DNA from: Rhynchobatus australiae
Lineage: Eukaryota
DNA length: 64,000 nt
Reading direction: 5' to 3'
NCBI GenBank assembly: GCA_034780895.1
Contig: JAUZTB010000017.1
Span: 27,421,877 to 27,485,876, forward strand
The notes beneath the pieces are model-generated. The model was not told where the DNA came from and did no database searches. It saw only the letters and a list, made by a program, of their open reading frames with translations. This document shows positions 13,215-27,300 of this stretch, piece by piece; position 1 is the first letter of the stretch; the number at the start of each line of letters is the position of its first letter. Position numbers and translations under genes: made by a program.

Positions 13215-14900
13215 GTGAGAACACTGGGTAAATTTGGCTCAGAGAATTGAAACTTGGTTCAGCAGAGTTGTTTAGAGTTGTTTCTTCAAAATTACTCTTG
13301 GACATTCCATAGGGAAAGCATGTAAAAATGTTCCAGGATGGCCACATGGGTATTACAGGTATAGTGCCAAGATTTGTATCAAGCCAGGTGCTATAAGCTT
13401 CAATGTACAAGAGCTGGAAAAATCAGAACAAAATGGTCAGGATCAATTGTAGTTGTACTTAAAGTGAACAGAGTGGTTCAACTATGTGGTTATTACAAGG
13501 TGAAATTGAAGCAGCTAGTTGATGACAAAAAGAGCCCATTACTTTCTTCATGGGATCTATATGCAGAGTTGCAAGAGTTTTCACTAAACTAGAACGTTCA
13601 TGCATATGCTTGGTAGAATGTGGATAAGGAAGTCANNNNNNNNNNNNNNNNNNNNNNNNNNNNNNNNNNNNNNNNNAATGTGGATAAGGAAGTCAGCAAT
13701 ATTTTGCAATTATTACCCCTCAGGGTCTTTATTTACATACAAAAACTATCTCATGGTGGAAAATCATTGAAAATGGTATGCTAACAGCCACAAGTATTGA
13801 AAAAGAAAATCTTACAAGTGTTTGGGCATCTACACAAGTGTAGTGTAAAATTAAAAATAAGTAAGTGTGTAGTTGTATAGAAAGTAGTATACTTTTGGGC
13901 TAAAAGTAGATGCAAATTTTTAGCAACCAGTCAAAGAAAAAGTGGAAGCAATTTTTCAGGCAAAGAAACCTGATAACTATGCAGAACTTAGATCGTTCCT
14001 CGGCAGATCACAGTGGAATTTGTTTGCCAGATGTTGCAGCAGAACTGACAGCGTTATATCTATTACTAAGAAAGACGAGAAAGGCATTTGGAACACAATA
14101 CGGTAAAAAGGCAGTTGACTGTTGCTTGAAGAGTCTTGCAAGTAATAACGTACAGTACATCGCTATTTTGAATTATGAAGTAGGAGCTGTTATTAGTCAT
14201 GTAATGGACAGTGGTCAAGGAATACAAGTTGCATTTACGTCATGTGCAGTGATGAACAGTGAGAGAAACTATGCTCATATTTAAATCCTAATTGTCTATA
14301 GAGCAAAAACATTTTATCTGTTCCTATTGAGCAGACCTTTACTTTAGTGCCAGTCCATTGTCCATTAGCTATTTTTAGTCTTAAGCCGGCCTTGAAGAGC
14401 TCGTATTTAAATGTAGAATCTGTCAAGGTTGCAGAACCAAGCCAGCCAAAGCACCTTTGCAGAGTTGGAAATGGCCTCCAAGACCTTTCTGAAAAGTACA
14501 TATTTCCAAAGGGATTGAAAACTTCTCACTGCATTTAGATAGTTACTCACAAAGTGGAACATAATTAGTTGCCTGGCCCAACAGCATACAACCAAAGAAC
14601 TGAGATCCATTTTTTCAAGCCATCTGCTTTCTGTCTGATTGTTTTGAGACCAAATAGTATGAAGCAGACCATGTCACCAGATCATCCTGTATCAAATAGC
14701 ACAGCAGAACTATCAGTGAGAATTGTCAAAGAAACAGTGAAGAAACAAGTATTACAGTGATGCTGGGGATGAGCAATTGATTAGTTTTTTTTGCTCAACT
14801 ATAGAATGGCATTAACTTTCACAAGTTATACTCCTATTAAATTAATACTTAGAAGATTCAGAATATGATTGAGCTTAGTTCAGGTTGAACCTTTGAGGAA
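13215..14900 (+). mobile_element. Degenerate, internally deleted Ty3/Gypsy pol (RT-RNaseH-integrase remnants)
   Basis: WSGSIVVVLK...VQLCGYYKV (RT; cf. WASPIVVVPK..VRLCGDYK), VGAVISH...IQVAFTS....SERNYAHI (RNase H), FTLVPVHCPLAIF (cf. FTLVTDHKPL) and SPDHPVSNSTAELSVRIVK (integrase). Domain order is Gypsy. Many stops, no LTRs seen. Confidence 0.85.
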
Positions 14901-15084
14901 AAGGCATTTATTATTGCTGGTTAGCAGGAATGGGCTNNNNNNNNNNNNNNNNNNNNNNNNNNNGGGGTCAGGGGGAAGCTGATGTCACAATTGCTCTGTC
15001 ATGGTTGGGTTGAGGTCATGAATAGATTGAGGTAACTGGAGAATTTCCCTGACAGTGTACTCCCAGAATTGTGGCCTGCCTGAG

Positions 15085-15178
15085 CAGCCAGGGCAGCCAT
15101 GATCTTATCGAATGGCGGAGCAGGCTGGACAGGCCAGATGGCCTACTCCTGCTTCTATTTATTATGCTGCTAATGTTA
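15085..15178 (+). mobile_element. CR1 LINE 3' tail fragment
   Basis: cagccatgatcttatcgaatggcggagcaggctggacaggccagatggcctactcctgcttctatt resembles the shark CR1 3' terminus. Similar tails at 31775-31850 and 63128-63210. Confidence 0.7.
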
Positions 15179-15473
15179 TGTCAAAGCAGGCCTTGTATTC
15201 ATTGTGAAGACCTGGTTCCATACAATTGGCCCAAGTATCTTGTGGGCCACCCATCTGTGAGGGAATTTTACAGGAGTGTTGTGCATTTCATGCTATTGCA
15301 TGCCACAACACCTGTCTAGATGCACCTGTCTAGCACATCAAACACACAGAGGGCCTAAAGGCAAACTAGTGAACTTTGAGATTGTCACAGTAAGGAGGTT
15401 TCTCAAAAAAACATTCTGTTATTTAGTAACATGAATGTTGCACTATGAGATAAAACCTCTAGCCTTTTTTTTG

Positions 15474-15610
15474 AATAAAAACTGAAAGTGCTGGAAATAC
15501 CCAGCAGGTTTGGCAGCGTTTATGGGGAGAGAAACAGATGCTGTTGACCTACTGAATGTTTCCAGATTTCACTTTTTACGTCAGATTTCTGGCATCTGAT
15601 TTTGTTTTTG
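15474..15610. repeat. Short Penelope-derived fold-back repeat
   Basis: gtgctggaaatacccagcaggtttggcagcgttt followed by its approximate reverse complement cagatgctgttgacctactgaatgtttccag. Confidence 0.65.
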
Positions 15611-18600
15611 AATAACCTTTTTCCAAACATTCTGTTTCACTCAATGAAGGTCCAATTTCTGCTGGAATGTGAATCCTGGATGTTCACAAACTGCAGCCTA
15701 AGTGAATTATTCAAAATACTGGATGATATTGTTTCTCAACAGAGAAGAGAGTTGCTCTCTTTTCCATCTCTTGTGTCATTACAAATATCAGTACTGTCCT
15801 CTATTTAAAAATACAACAGTGATCACTGCAAGGGCAGCATATTAAAATAAGCTTAGCACATGCCCCTCTGTCTGGAACTGACTTGTTATGTTCTAAATTG
15901 TCAAACAAAAAACCTATTCATTTCTGCCCTAATTGGGAGATCTGTAATTGGGGAATATGACAGAGTTCAACTGCACTATGTACTGTCTGCCAGGTCCCAT
16001 AGTGTATGCTTTATAAAATGCTCTTCAATTCAGAAGCAGAATATCATTAACTTTGTAAGTGGATGAACACAATGGACATGCAATTTAATTAACTTCTAAC
16101 ATTGTATGTTGGAAGGTAGACAAAATGAAATTATGCACATATTTCTCAATAATGCAGGCAACCTTGAAAGGGCTTGATTGAAGCAGGTCAGACTGGGGTA
16201 CTGCTTTGTCCAATTATTTCATATTTACTTGAACTCTAATTTTTTTTAACTTCTGTAGTTTATAAATCAATCATGTTTAAATGTATGACATTTCCAAAGA
16301 ATCTCTAAAACTCAGTGCAGTTTAATATGAGCTCTGATATGCTCAGTGTATCCAGTCACTATCTAATGCCCTTTTTTTATGAGAATGACCGCAGTGATAT
16401 TAAATGAAATTGGCAATCGGATTAACTCTGTTTCTGATGTCCCAGGACAGAATATGGATGAAAACCAATGAAAATCTGCAATGCTTTAGACACGAATTTC
16501 AAATATTTTATGCACCTATTAATTTCTCTTTAAAAAACAGCAACATGGACTAGACATTTTGCAACACAGTTCAATGATACATTAATGGTATGTACCTTGT
16601 CTGATAAGCTCAATTCAGCAGATGACAAATAGCTTACAGCCTATCTTTTTTGAAATAAAATTTGATGGATTTACATAAATGTGAGCCGTGCCTGTTTGCT
16701 GGTCACACCTCTCATTGTTAACATGTAACAGATGCCCCGGCTCAATATTTATTTTGTAATTATGGANNNNNNNNNNNNNNNNNNNNNNNNNNNNNNNNNN
16801 NNNNNNNNNNNCTAATAATTTGTTGAAAGCATTAGAAATTTTCCTATGGGCTTTTGCTGATTATATTAATTAAAAAAATGAGAGGTACTGTAAAATTATC
16901 TTAGCTGTCCAGCATTTCAACTTTGTGCATCAGTACCTCACATAGGAATTCTTTTTAATTTTATTTTGATTTGAATATTGCCATTTCTTCCGTTTGTTTT
17001 GCTTCAGATTGTTTCATTTTCCAACTGCTCCTCTCAGCTGAATGAGCAGAATAGAGATCAGATTTTGAGAATAATGGATGGAAGATTTGTATCCATGTGG
17101 CACCTTTCAAAACATCAGGAAATCACAGAGCACTGTCATAAATAGTGGACATGTCCTTGAGGTCAGCTCAAGAGCACAGACCCTTTCTTAATGGGAAATC
17201 ACCCCACTTGTCACTCCAACTTTGATGGTGAAGGTGAGGTCATCACCTGAGCATCTGGACAACTGCACTGGTGCAACCATAGCCTGCCACTAACACTTTG
17301 TTCTTGAGGGCCTCAAAAGTGAATGAAAGTTAGTTATAAGTGTATTGAGTTTTTTCCAGTTTTACTCTGACAAATGTAGTGAAGAGCAGCAGTGAAGCCA
17401 TCCAGTTTGGATGGAAAGATTAACTTCCTACATCATAACTGCAACTAAACGAGTGGCATATACAGTTGCTCACCATCAGTTAATGGCTTAGCTTGTTCCC
17501 ACATGCTGACTGAGATAATCAAGGAAGCCAAATGAAATACAAGGAAGTCAGAAAAGTCAAATTAAACAAAGAAACAAGTGAATGCAGGTAACCTCCTAAT
17601 TCTGAGAGAGAGCCCAACAATGGCAGATATAATTGCTTAGCAGCTGGATTAAGTGAATGAATTCCAGATAAGATATACTTTTCTATAATGCCTCATAAAA
17701 CATCATTTAAACTATATGATTATTGTGTTTATTTCTGTCTGCAGTTAATGCAATTACTCATTTTCTCCTTTGGGCCCTACTCAGAAGTTAATAGATGCAT
17801 TTTACTAATGGAAAATTAAGTAGAACTACTGACAGTGAGGTTTATAAATATGTAAAATATAGTTTTAATTATTTCAAATGAAAATGGCAGAAAATCAATG
17901 AAATGAGACGTGACAAACATACAATTGACATATGCTATTGTTAAGATATCAGGGCGCTGTCAGCAGAGTATTTTCTAATTAATATTTTTGATTGGAATTA
18001 CTAATCCATTCATTAGTAATGACATGCAAAGTATTAAAAGAAATCATTGCTCAAATTTAGTTTGAACTCTGACTTCTAAATACTTATACAGTTTGCTCTA
18101 TTGTTAGTCATATGCAGTTAATTATAGATTGTGAGTTATAAACTTAAGTATACAACTTTGTTCATGTCTAAGTTTGTATATATATCATGTCTCCATTGTG
18201 ACAGTAAATTCTGTGTTTATTTCCCAGCATTCGTATGAAAAATGTGAGTAAGTAGAGCTGTAAATAATAGCTCGTCTCGGTGGGTTGCACAGTTCCAGAT
18301 GTGCACAAGAGACCTGAGTAATAATCTAGGCTGGCAATTCTATTTGGAACTGAGAGTGTGCTGAATCTTTTGGAATTTCTTGCCTTCATGGGCAAGGCAT
18401 TCCATAGCTTGTTAGTTGAGACTTAGTTCAGAAAATCAAATGCCACCAAGGCAAGTTGTGAAATTGAACAAAGAAAAACCTGATCAAGAAGGGCAGCAAA
18501 GCAATTGTCAGATTACTAAAAGGACTTACTTTCTTAAGAGAAGAAAATCTCACTTGGTCTGCATGTAACTCCAGTCCAATACAATGCAGTTGACTCTTAA

Positions 18601-19029
18601 AGGCCTCTTAAACATACAGTTTATTGACTAAGGTGGATTTGACATTCACAAAAGCAATAAAGATTGAATATCACCCAAGAAATGTTCTATCGCTTATATA
18701 AATAGGATGTCAAATAGACAGTAGCTCAATTTGTTTATATTGTCATGATTTTGGATTTATGATTAAAGGTGCTTAAAAAGTGTACAAAAGTCAACCAATG
18801 GCCTTTGCAGCTTGTGTAAGTGGGGTCTGGCCTTTGGCAGAGCATTCAGCAGCTGATGCCCAGACCATGCCACTGTTGCCTGGGATTCTTTTGGGCTAGC
18901 AAGATAAGTCTTCCACATTTCGAGTGGTTACGTTTGGGCATGGGGCTATGCAGTGATTGATATCAGCTTTTGGAAAAATGCTGGTTTCATTTTGAATTAT
19001 GATAACAGCAGAATTTTTATTAATTTTTC

Positions 19030-19250
19030 AGGAGGTAGTGCCAGCATTCATTGCCCATCCATAATTGCATTTGAGATAATAGTGGTGAACTACCTTCTTT
19101 TATGGCTGCACATACTGGTGAAATTGATCCCATTGTGCTATTGGGTAGAGGGTTCCAGGATTTACGCTGATGAAAGAATGATGATATGCTTCCAAGTCAT
19201 GATGGTTTGCAACATGGAGGAGAACCTCCAGGTATCAGTGTTCCCTTTCA
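19030..19250 (-). mobile_element. CR1-group LINE 3' end fragment
   Basis: gccagcattcattgcccatccataattgcatttgag...gggtagagggttccaggattt...ttccaagtcatgatgg; homologous to 20525-20900 and to the reverse complement of 44260-44580. Confidence 0.65.
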
Positions 19251-20209
19251 ATTCTGCATTGGGACATCAGACCAGCAAGGTGCCCTTTAATTTTCTAACC
19301 ATTGTCCTTCCCTATCACCATACTGATCACCTGAGTATTTCCTGTGGAAATGCATTAACGGCTGCAGTTACTGCAATGTATTTTCTATATGAAATATTAA
19401 TTCATCAGTGTTAGAGACTAAATCTATTTATTCACTATGATAATCTTCTTTGTAATCTAATGATACAGATAGTTCCTTACAATGTAAGCACTGCACATCC
19501 AGCAAAGGTTTATGACATTTGGAATTCATTTCAGTGCAAGCTGATTCTGATGTTTTTCTCTTGAGATCCCATTCTAAGCCTTTCTAGTCATTGAAGTTTT
19601 GCATCGTTGGCCCCATGTTTTGTATATCTTCTTCATGCATGATTCTTAAACATTGATGCAACTGACATCTATTTTTAAAAATGGAGGAATACTTTAGGGA
19701 AATTATAACCAACTTGGAGTGCTAGAACAGAGACTTTTTCCCAAAAGAAAGAAATATGCTACAGTCTTTTTTCCCTCTTACTTTAATCATGTGCAACACT
19801 AATTTTGCTGTGCCACTTTCTCAGATCCGTGGTCGGTGAAAATCCTTAGTAGTGAGACTAATGTTTCACTGTAAGTAATGCAGGTGTCTGTCGGCAAAAA
19901 TTCCAAGAAATTAATTCCCAGTTGATAGTGCTAAATGTACTATTTGATAGTGGCAGCACATTGTTTCACTGCCTCTAAAATTCAGTTTCATTAACTTCAG
20001 CGAACTGAATTGAGCAAACAACATAGAAAATGTTGCTATTGCTAAATAATACTTTTGATACCACTGACTGGAACATGGATTTTGAGACTGATTAGTGTCG
20101 TACAGCAAAAGGAAAATCCCTGAAATCCTGTGATTGATGTCACCTTTAAGTAAGCTGTTAGTTTCATTTTGAAGTTAAAATTATGGTAACTGCAGGGTTT
20201 TTATTCATT

Positions 20210-20900
20210 TTCTAGGTTATGAATGTCACTGGTTTGGCTGGCACTTATTGCCCACCTCTAGTTGCATTTGAGATGACAGCAGGGAACCACCTTCTTGAAC
20301 CACTGAAATCCTTCTTGTTACCAGCTGAGCCAAGCATCAGGATTATTCTCAGATGTTGATGTCCGATATGCTTAAATGTCAATATTTTTAACAGCCCTTA
20401 AGTCTGTTTCTAGTGCTTCTTTAATTCAATTTTTCAGCCTTTTTTTTCTTACTGAAGCTCTGGACAGGAAAAAAATTAAATATCACAGTACAGCCCACTG
20501 TTCTCTTTTATAATGTTTATTTTCAGAATCTGGGCATTGTGGCAAGGCCAGCATTTAATACCCATCCCTAATTGCCCTTGAGAAAGTGGAGGTGAGCCAC
20601 TGAGTTGAAGCTCTGCAGGTCTTCTGGTGAAGGTACTGCCCCAGTGCTATTGGGTAGAGAGTTCCAGGAATTTGACCCAGCGATGATGAAGGGCTGGTGA
20701 TATGTGCCCAATTCATAATGACGTGCATCTCAGAGGGGAACCTGTAGGTTGCGGTGTCCTTGTCCTTCCTAGGGGTAGGAGCTGTAGGTTTGGGAGGTGC
20801 TGTCAGAGTAGCCTAAGCAATTAACTGCAATGCATCTTGTACAGGATATACATTGCAGCCACGGTGGATATTTATCGGAGGGAGGCAGTGTTTAGGGTGA
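20210..20900 (-). mobile_element. Two CR1-group LINE 3' end fragments (about 20210-20315 and 20525-20900)
   Basis: ggcaaggccagcatttaatacccatccctaattgcccttgag...gagttccaggaatttgacccagcg...tttgggaggtgctgtc...gcatcttgtac...cattgcagccacggtg; same family as 43855-44590. Confidence 0.7.
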
Positions 20901-22257
20901 TGGATCAACCAACTTCATGCAGTAGAGCTGCTACAAGAAACTAGCCATACACTACCAGAAAGCATTCACCCTTCAACACCTCCTCCTGACTGGACAACTG
21001 AAATTACTCACATTGTCCACAGCATATAATCATACAATAGCCCGAGTCTTATATAAAGGAGGTTCTTCCATAACATAGAAAGTTATGATAGGATGTAACA
21101 ATGAAATTTCATGCAAAGAATGCAAGGGTTATACTCATTAGTAGCTCAAAAGCAACTCTAGGCCAAAAAATAAAGCCGAAAGCAATAGTGGAAATTATGT
21201 GTTAAATGAGTACAGCACTGGCTTTCTTGGTTACTCTGTAAAGCAGAAGTCATTTGCAATAATTGGAAAAAATGACTCATCTTTTGGCCCACATCAAATT
21301 GTCTGTTCCTAAAATAAATTGAATCAGTTAATATAAGGCTTTTTGGTTAAAACAATGCAACATTTGTGAATAATGTGTATGTATCAACCGAGAAAACCAG
21401 AGAAGCTGGCCAACAGCTTCAGAAAAATGGAATGCAGAACGGAGCTGATGGTGAACAGTATGAAAAAACAATTAGTCTTTTGGACAATATGATTTTAACT
21501 ACAGCCTTATATCACATCCTTTCATGTGTGTTCAAGGGAATGCAGTTATAAGTACATGAAAGCCTGAAGGATAGATGCTCACGTTAAAGGCACAAGATAG
21601 CAGGATCATTTCTGNNNNNNNNNNNNNNNNNNNNNNNNNNNNNNNNNNNNNNNNNNNNNNNNNNNNNNNNNNNNNNNNNNNNNNNNNNNNNNNNNNNNNN
21701 NNNNNNNNNNNNNAAGAATAATAAAGCATTATTTACAAAAAAAAGCAACCAAGCAATCATTCACTCATAAATTTTCTCTTGAATCACACTGCCACATTTT
21801 CTTTTACCCTCTTCATATCCCTCTCTCCCACACTGAAATCAGTTTCCAGAGCCCAGAATTCCAGTTCCTCTATATTATGTATGATTCTTTTACCTTTTCT
21901 GGAATATAAAGAGCAGGCTGCATCAGAAATATAGCTGATGTTTGTGGTTATAATTACCTGCCAGAATGATACTTTAGTTTAAGAGTGCACCTTGCACACA
22001 GAAACCACTCTGATCAGACCATGGGCTAAAATTTGGTGTTAGGAGACAACTATGCATAACTTGACTAGTATACATGTAGAGGTTGTCTACTGAAGGATTA
22101 TATGATTCTTTTTAAGTTTCCCATATCCAGCTTGACTGACCATTTAAAATGCAATGCATTAAGGAGTTAGAGCCCCTGAATGCCAAGATCAAGTTTCTGA
22201 AAAAGTATCCCTAAGAGATGACAGTATGATCATAACTGACCTGATAATTGACTGAAC

Positions 22258-22358
22258 TAAAAACAGAAAATGTTGGAAACACTCAGCAATACAGACAGCA
22301 ACTCTGGAAAGAGAAATAAAATTGATATCTTAGGGTCTAAGACCCTTTGTCAGAGATC
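22258..22358 (-). repeat. Penelope-derived terminal repeat copy
   Basis: aaaacagaaaatgttggaaacactcagca...gggtctaagaccctttgtcag; same family as 38305-38430. Confidence 0.6.
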
Positions 22359-24279
22359 TTTGATTTTCATAATGATTGATTCACATTTTTTGGCAGTGTG
22401 AAATATTAATGATCATTTACCTGCACTTGAAACAGTAATTTACCATAAGTAGAAGGCAGACATTATTTGGACCTCCTGAGGCAGATGTACTGTGTTGTGC
22501 ACTTTGTAGTTCCTTCTCTCACGGTCCTCATTAGGAGAAGGATCTGACACTTGTTCACCATGTTACATTTTGGCCTGGACTCAGTTTCATGAAACTATTA
22601 TGATATGCAAGTGATATAAAGTGTATTCTCTTATTTCTATTTNNNNNNNNNNNNNNNNNNNNNNNNNNNNNNNNNNNNNNNNNNNNNNNNNNNNNNNNNN
22701 NNNNNNNNNNNNNNNNNNNNNNNNNNNNNNNNNNNNNNNNNNNNNNNNNNNNNNNNNNNNNNNNNNNNNNNNNNNNNNNNNNNNNNNNNNNNNNNNNNNN
22801 NNNNNNNNNNNNNNNNNNNNNNNNNNNNNNNNNNNNNNNNNNNNNNNNNNNNNNNNNNNNNNNNNNNNNNNNNNNNNNNNNNNNNNNNNNNNNNNNNNNN
22901 NNNNNNNNNNNNNNNNNNNNNNNNNNNNNNNNNNNNNNNNNNNNNNNNNNNNNNNNNNNNNNNNNNNNNNNNNNNNNNNNNNNNNNNNNNNNNNNNNNNN
23001 NNNNNNNNNNNNNNNNNNNNNNNNNNNGTCAATTAAATCTTTTCCTCTTAGGTCACATCTTCAAGAGACCAATTTTTTCACAAAATTTTTATTTTATGTG
23101 TCATGTTTTATATTCCCAGAAAGACTAATAAAGAAACCCATTATGTGTTATTCTTGTGAAATAAAACAATACTTTGTCTATTGACTGTTTGTTAGAATTC
23201 ATCGCAGATATAGAAATCTTGGTCGTGCCTTCACTCCACATTTCAGAATCAGTTTTGTTTTGTGTCTTAGTTCTAGCTACAATTCCTTGTCAATGAAAAT
23301 GCATCTATGAAATTTGTTTTTCCTAAATAAATTTTTGCTTAACTAAATAATAGCAATCCATTGAGATCTACAGCATTATGTCTCATGGAATCTTTTCTCT
23401 AGATATACCTCTTTAGTATAGATGTAAGGAGAGCAGATTTTGTTTACAGCATCACATTTGTGACTTTGAAATACTGAAGAGATTGCAAGGATAAGTAAAT
23501 GTATTTGTTGCCAAGGTGCAGACTCTTGGTCCATCAGTCAAATGGTGAGTGCGCGATCTGAAGGCCAGAGCATGGAGGTTGTTTTTAGGTAGTCAACCAT
23601 ATCACAATCATGAGAATAAGTGTCAACAAGGTTAAGACACTGCCCTAGAAAAATAGTGGTATGGCTCTTGGGCAAGCATTCCATAAATGAAAGTCCATTT
23701 GACCCCAAATTCTAAAACAGACAACCGTTCAAAGTACAAAGAAAATAAGACTTCTGTCCTTTCCCAGTTTACCCTAAAGTCCTCTCACATGCTATGCCAT
23801 CCTATATGGATGGTTCTTTGTACAAATGCACTATTTTCNNNNNNNNNNNNNNNNNNNNNNNNNNNNNNNNNNNNNNNNNNNNNNNNNNNNNNNNNNNNNN
23901 NNNNNNNNNNNNNNNNNNNNNNNNNNNNNNNNNNNNNNATAAGGTATCACCAAGGTTAGCTTATCGGACAAAGCAAAATGTATTGATTGAATACCAAAGA
24001 AAGCGACTTTTAATTTTTTCATTAGTATCCTTCTGTTGAGTCACAAGCTATTTAGATGATTTAAGCAATGCATAACCAGAAGCTCAAGATATTTTGAAGT
24101 GATTCATAAAACCAATTTTATGCACACATTTGAAAGACATCATCAATGTTCTGTTAAGATTTAAACTAAATTCTCAAATCTGGAACTAATCTAAAATTAC
24201 CAATCACTGTGATAAAAGCAGTGTCCATTTTTAGCTATTTCACAAAACATCTGGGTCAAACACTTGGTCTTTACTCTGG

Positions 24280-24345
24280 GTGCAGCGTTTGTGTAGAGAG
24301 AAACAGTTATCATTTCTGGTGGATGAACTTCCATCAGAGCTGATC
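24280..24345 (-). repeat. Degenerate Penelope-derived terminal repeat copy
   Basis: gcagcgtttgtgtagagagaaacagttatcatttctggtggatgaacttccatcagagctg. Confidence 0.5.
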
Positions 24346-27300
24346 TTAACTTTCAGCAATGGTGGAAAAGAGAACAGTGGCTTGACATGGCAGGCAGTAG
24401 GCAGTATATACAGGGAGGTTAGTCTGCTGCTACTCACTTTGCTGACCAAGAGGTCACTGATCACAGAACTCAGCTCAGAATTAATTTGCAAAAAGAGGGT
24501 CTGATAGCAAAATAAACTAATGATTCATTTTCCAGAACACTGATCATTGAAAAGCAAGTGTGCGCAAGCTCAGATGGTGTGTGCAAGGCATTATTATCAT
24601 CTTTTAAATGGAGTATCACTTCAGATCTGGTGCCATGGTTTCTGGTACTCCCTCCCCTGGTCTTGTTAGNNNNNNNNNNNNNNNNNNNNNNNNNNNNNNN
24701 NNNNNNNNNNNNNNNNNNNNNNNNNNNNNNNNNNNNNNNNNNNNNNNNNNNNNNNNNNNNNNNNNNNNNNNNNNNNNNNNNNNNNNNNNNNNNNNNNNNN
24801 NNNNNNNNNNNNNNNNNNNNNNNNNNNNNNNNNNNNNNNNNNNNNNNNNNNNNNNNNNNNNNNNNNNNNNNNNNNNNNNNNNNNNNNNNNNNNNNNNNNN
24901 NNNNNNNNNNNNNNNNNNNNNNNNNNNNNNNNNNNNNNNNNNNNNNNNNNNNNNNNNNNNNNNNNNNNNNNNNNNNNNNNNNNNNNNNNNNNNNNNNNNN
25001 NNNNNNNNNNNNNNNNNNNNNNNNNNNNNNNNNNNNNNNNNNNNNNNNNNNNNNNNNNNNNNNNNNNNNNNNNNNNNNNNNNNNNNNNNNNNNNNNNTTA
25101 AACAAAAGAAATCGAATTGTCAAACATTTATTTCAGGCATGTTTAATTTAGAATATTACTTTTTCTATTAAGCGGCCCTCAGACAAAATGTGTGATTAAT
25201 AGCATATGTTTTATCTGTCTAATGATACACAAAAAATTTATTGATAATGGATTTCTTTCTCATTAATTAAAATATCGAAGCTTCATTTAAAAATTTTTTT
25301 GGAATTAAATGACTTTATAAGACTAAAGGTTGGGAATCTTCATAAACCAACCACTTCTGAGTATTTAAGTAAGATTGTTTATGCAAGAGAATGTCTATGC
25401 TGTGGGACTTGGGTCAAAATTGTGGTTAGCTCACACCAGTCAAAGTTGGCCTGCAGCTTTTTAAAGGGAGGCACATCGCAACTGGAATTGGTCCAGCTGG
25501 AAAGGGCTTTATTAAGCGAGACTGAGCTGGAGAATGACCTGGGATAGAGCAGGCTCCAAGGTTTTCAAACACTGCACTGGCACTTTGGAGGTGAAGGTGA
25601 AATGAAAGAGGGGTGTCTTGAATTTGCTGGCTCCAGAAACCCCTCAGGTATAAATAGAAGGATGAGATTAAGACAGGAGTTAAGTCCTAAAGACCTGGAT
25701 GGGAGATCATAAGAAGTTCAGTGACCTCAAACGAATGATGAATACCAGTGAATAGATCTTTAAATGCCACATTCCAACAAGTGTACTCATACTCTCAGTC
25801 AATGGTCTATTCACTAGAGCCCTCCTCACTCACCAAGACCTATTTTCCAAATTCTTAGATCTACCCTCACATCCAGCACTACTGCAAGCTTTATAGTGGC
25901 ATCTCACAGCTTCCACATTGCCAGCTCCCCAGCCCAAAGAGTCTGCATGGCATGGTGGCATCCATTGGCACAACTTGAGTATTTCTTGCAGGACAACTGG
26001 TGAGCAACTTGAAGTAAAAGCTGACATGAGGAGGACAGATGTGCCTGCATGTCAAAACGTAAGGGGACATCAGTGCAGTTTATTTTTGGGATGCCTATTA
26101 GTTGGCGGAGAGTTTGAAATCATACATGACTTGTGACCTGTCCCTGAACCACATTTTTAGCCTTTCTAATTTCCAAGAACTGCAGACTGTGCAGCTAGTG
26201 CATGAGCAGCAAGAAAGCAGTGATGTTCTAACCATAATATCCCTTAATTTGACACTCACAGCCAACAGCTCAGGTCCTATCCCATTAGGATCAGTGTGTA
26301 ATGAGCCAATGGACTTGGGTATCTGCAGCCGGAGCAGAGGGAAAGGACAGCACAGGTATAAGCTCATCAAAGATTACATACAAGTTCTGCTGCAGATAGC
26401 TCAGAAGAGGGATCAATAGGGAGCCTTCAAAAGAAGTGTGGTGCCGATGCACAATGAACTGTTTAGTGAATTGACAGGCCGGGAAGAAACCCTAATTCAA
26501 TGTCAAGGTCACAGAAGGTTGAGAGAGGGAGTTAGCTGAAGTGCTGTACTCCAAAGTGGCAACATGGGGGTCAAATCATCACTGCACAATGATTGACATC
26601 ATGGGCTTCCTTACTGCATACTCCTGTGGGTGTTCACTATTTAGTGTGTGCATACTTGCTGCAGATGTCAACTTGAATCCTGAAGGTCACTTGTTTCATC
26701 AAAAAAACCAGGAATCCACTTTTAACCTCGCAACCTATCCTATTGTGATTTTTTAAAAATTACCTTTCTTTACTTGTTACAGGTAATTTGGTACATCAGA
26801 TGCCATACCTACATTTGTTCATTTGATCATGACATACAACTTTTCAGCATGAGCGATAGGCAGCTTCAGTAACCATTTTTTGCAGGATTTTTCTCTCCTG
26901 CAAAAAGGTGCAGTTAGCAACAGCAAGACTTAGTAAACCAGGTATCTTTCGGTGAAGAGAGGAGAACTTGGCATAAGTGACGTGGACAGCAACTAATCAA
27001 GAAAAATATCATGGCAGAAAGATAGCAAAGCTCAACCAAACAATGCAAGTTCCAGTCAAAGGCACCAAGAAGAATTTCGAGAATCCAAAACAATTTAGCA
27101 AGTTTTTGAAATGGTTTCATTGCTCGAATATAAATCGTGCCACCTGCCTATTTGTGATTTGTAGCTTATTAAACTTGTTGGTTTGTATTTTTCACTCCTA
27201 CTTGCTGCCTGCTGACTGATACACTGCCTACCTCCTCAGTTATGATGTATTACCTGTTTAGGAACATAGATTCTGAGATTACTAAGTGCAGGTGTGACAG

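Noticed and set aside
13617-13695. Direct repeat aatgtggataaggaagtca on both sides of an N run
   Set aside because: Typical unmerged contig overlap, an assembly artefact.
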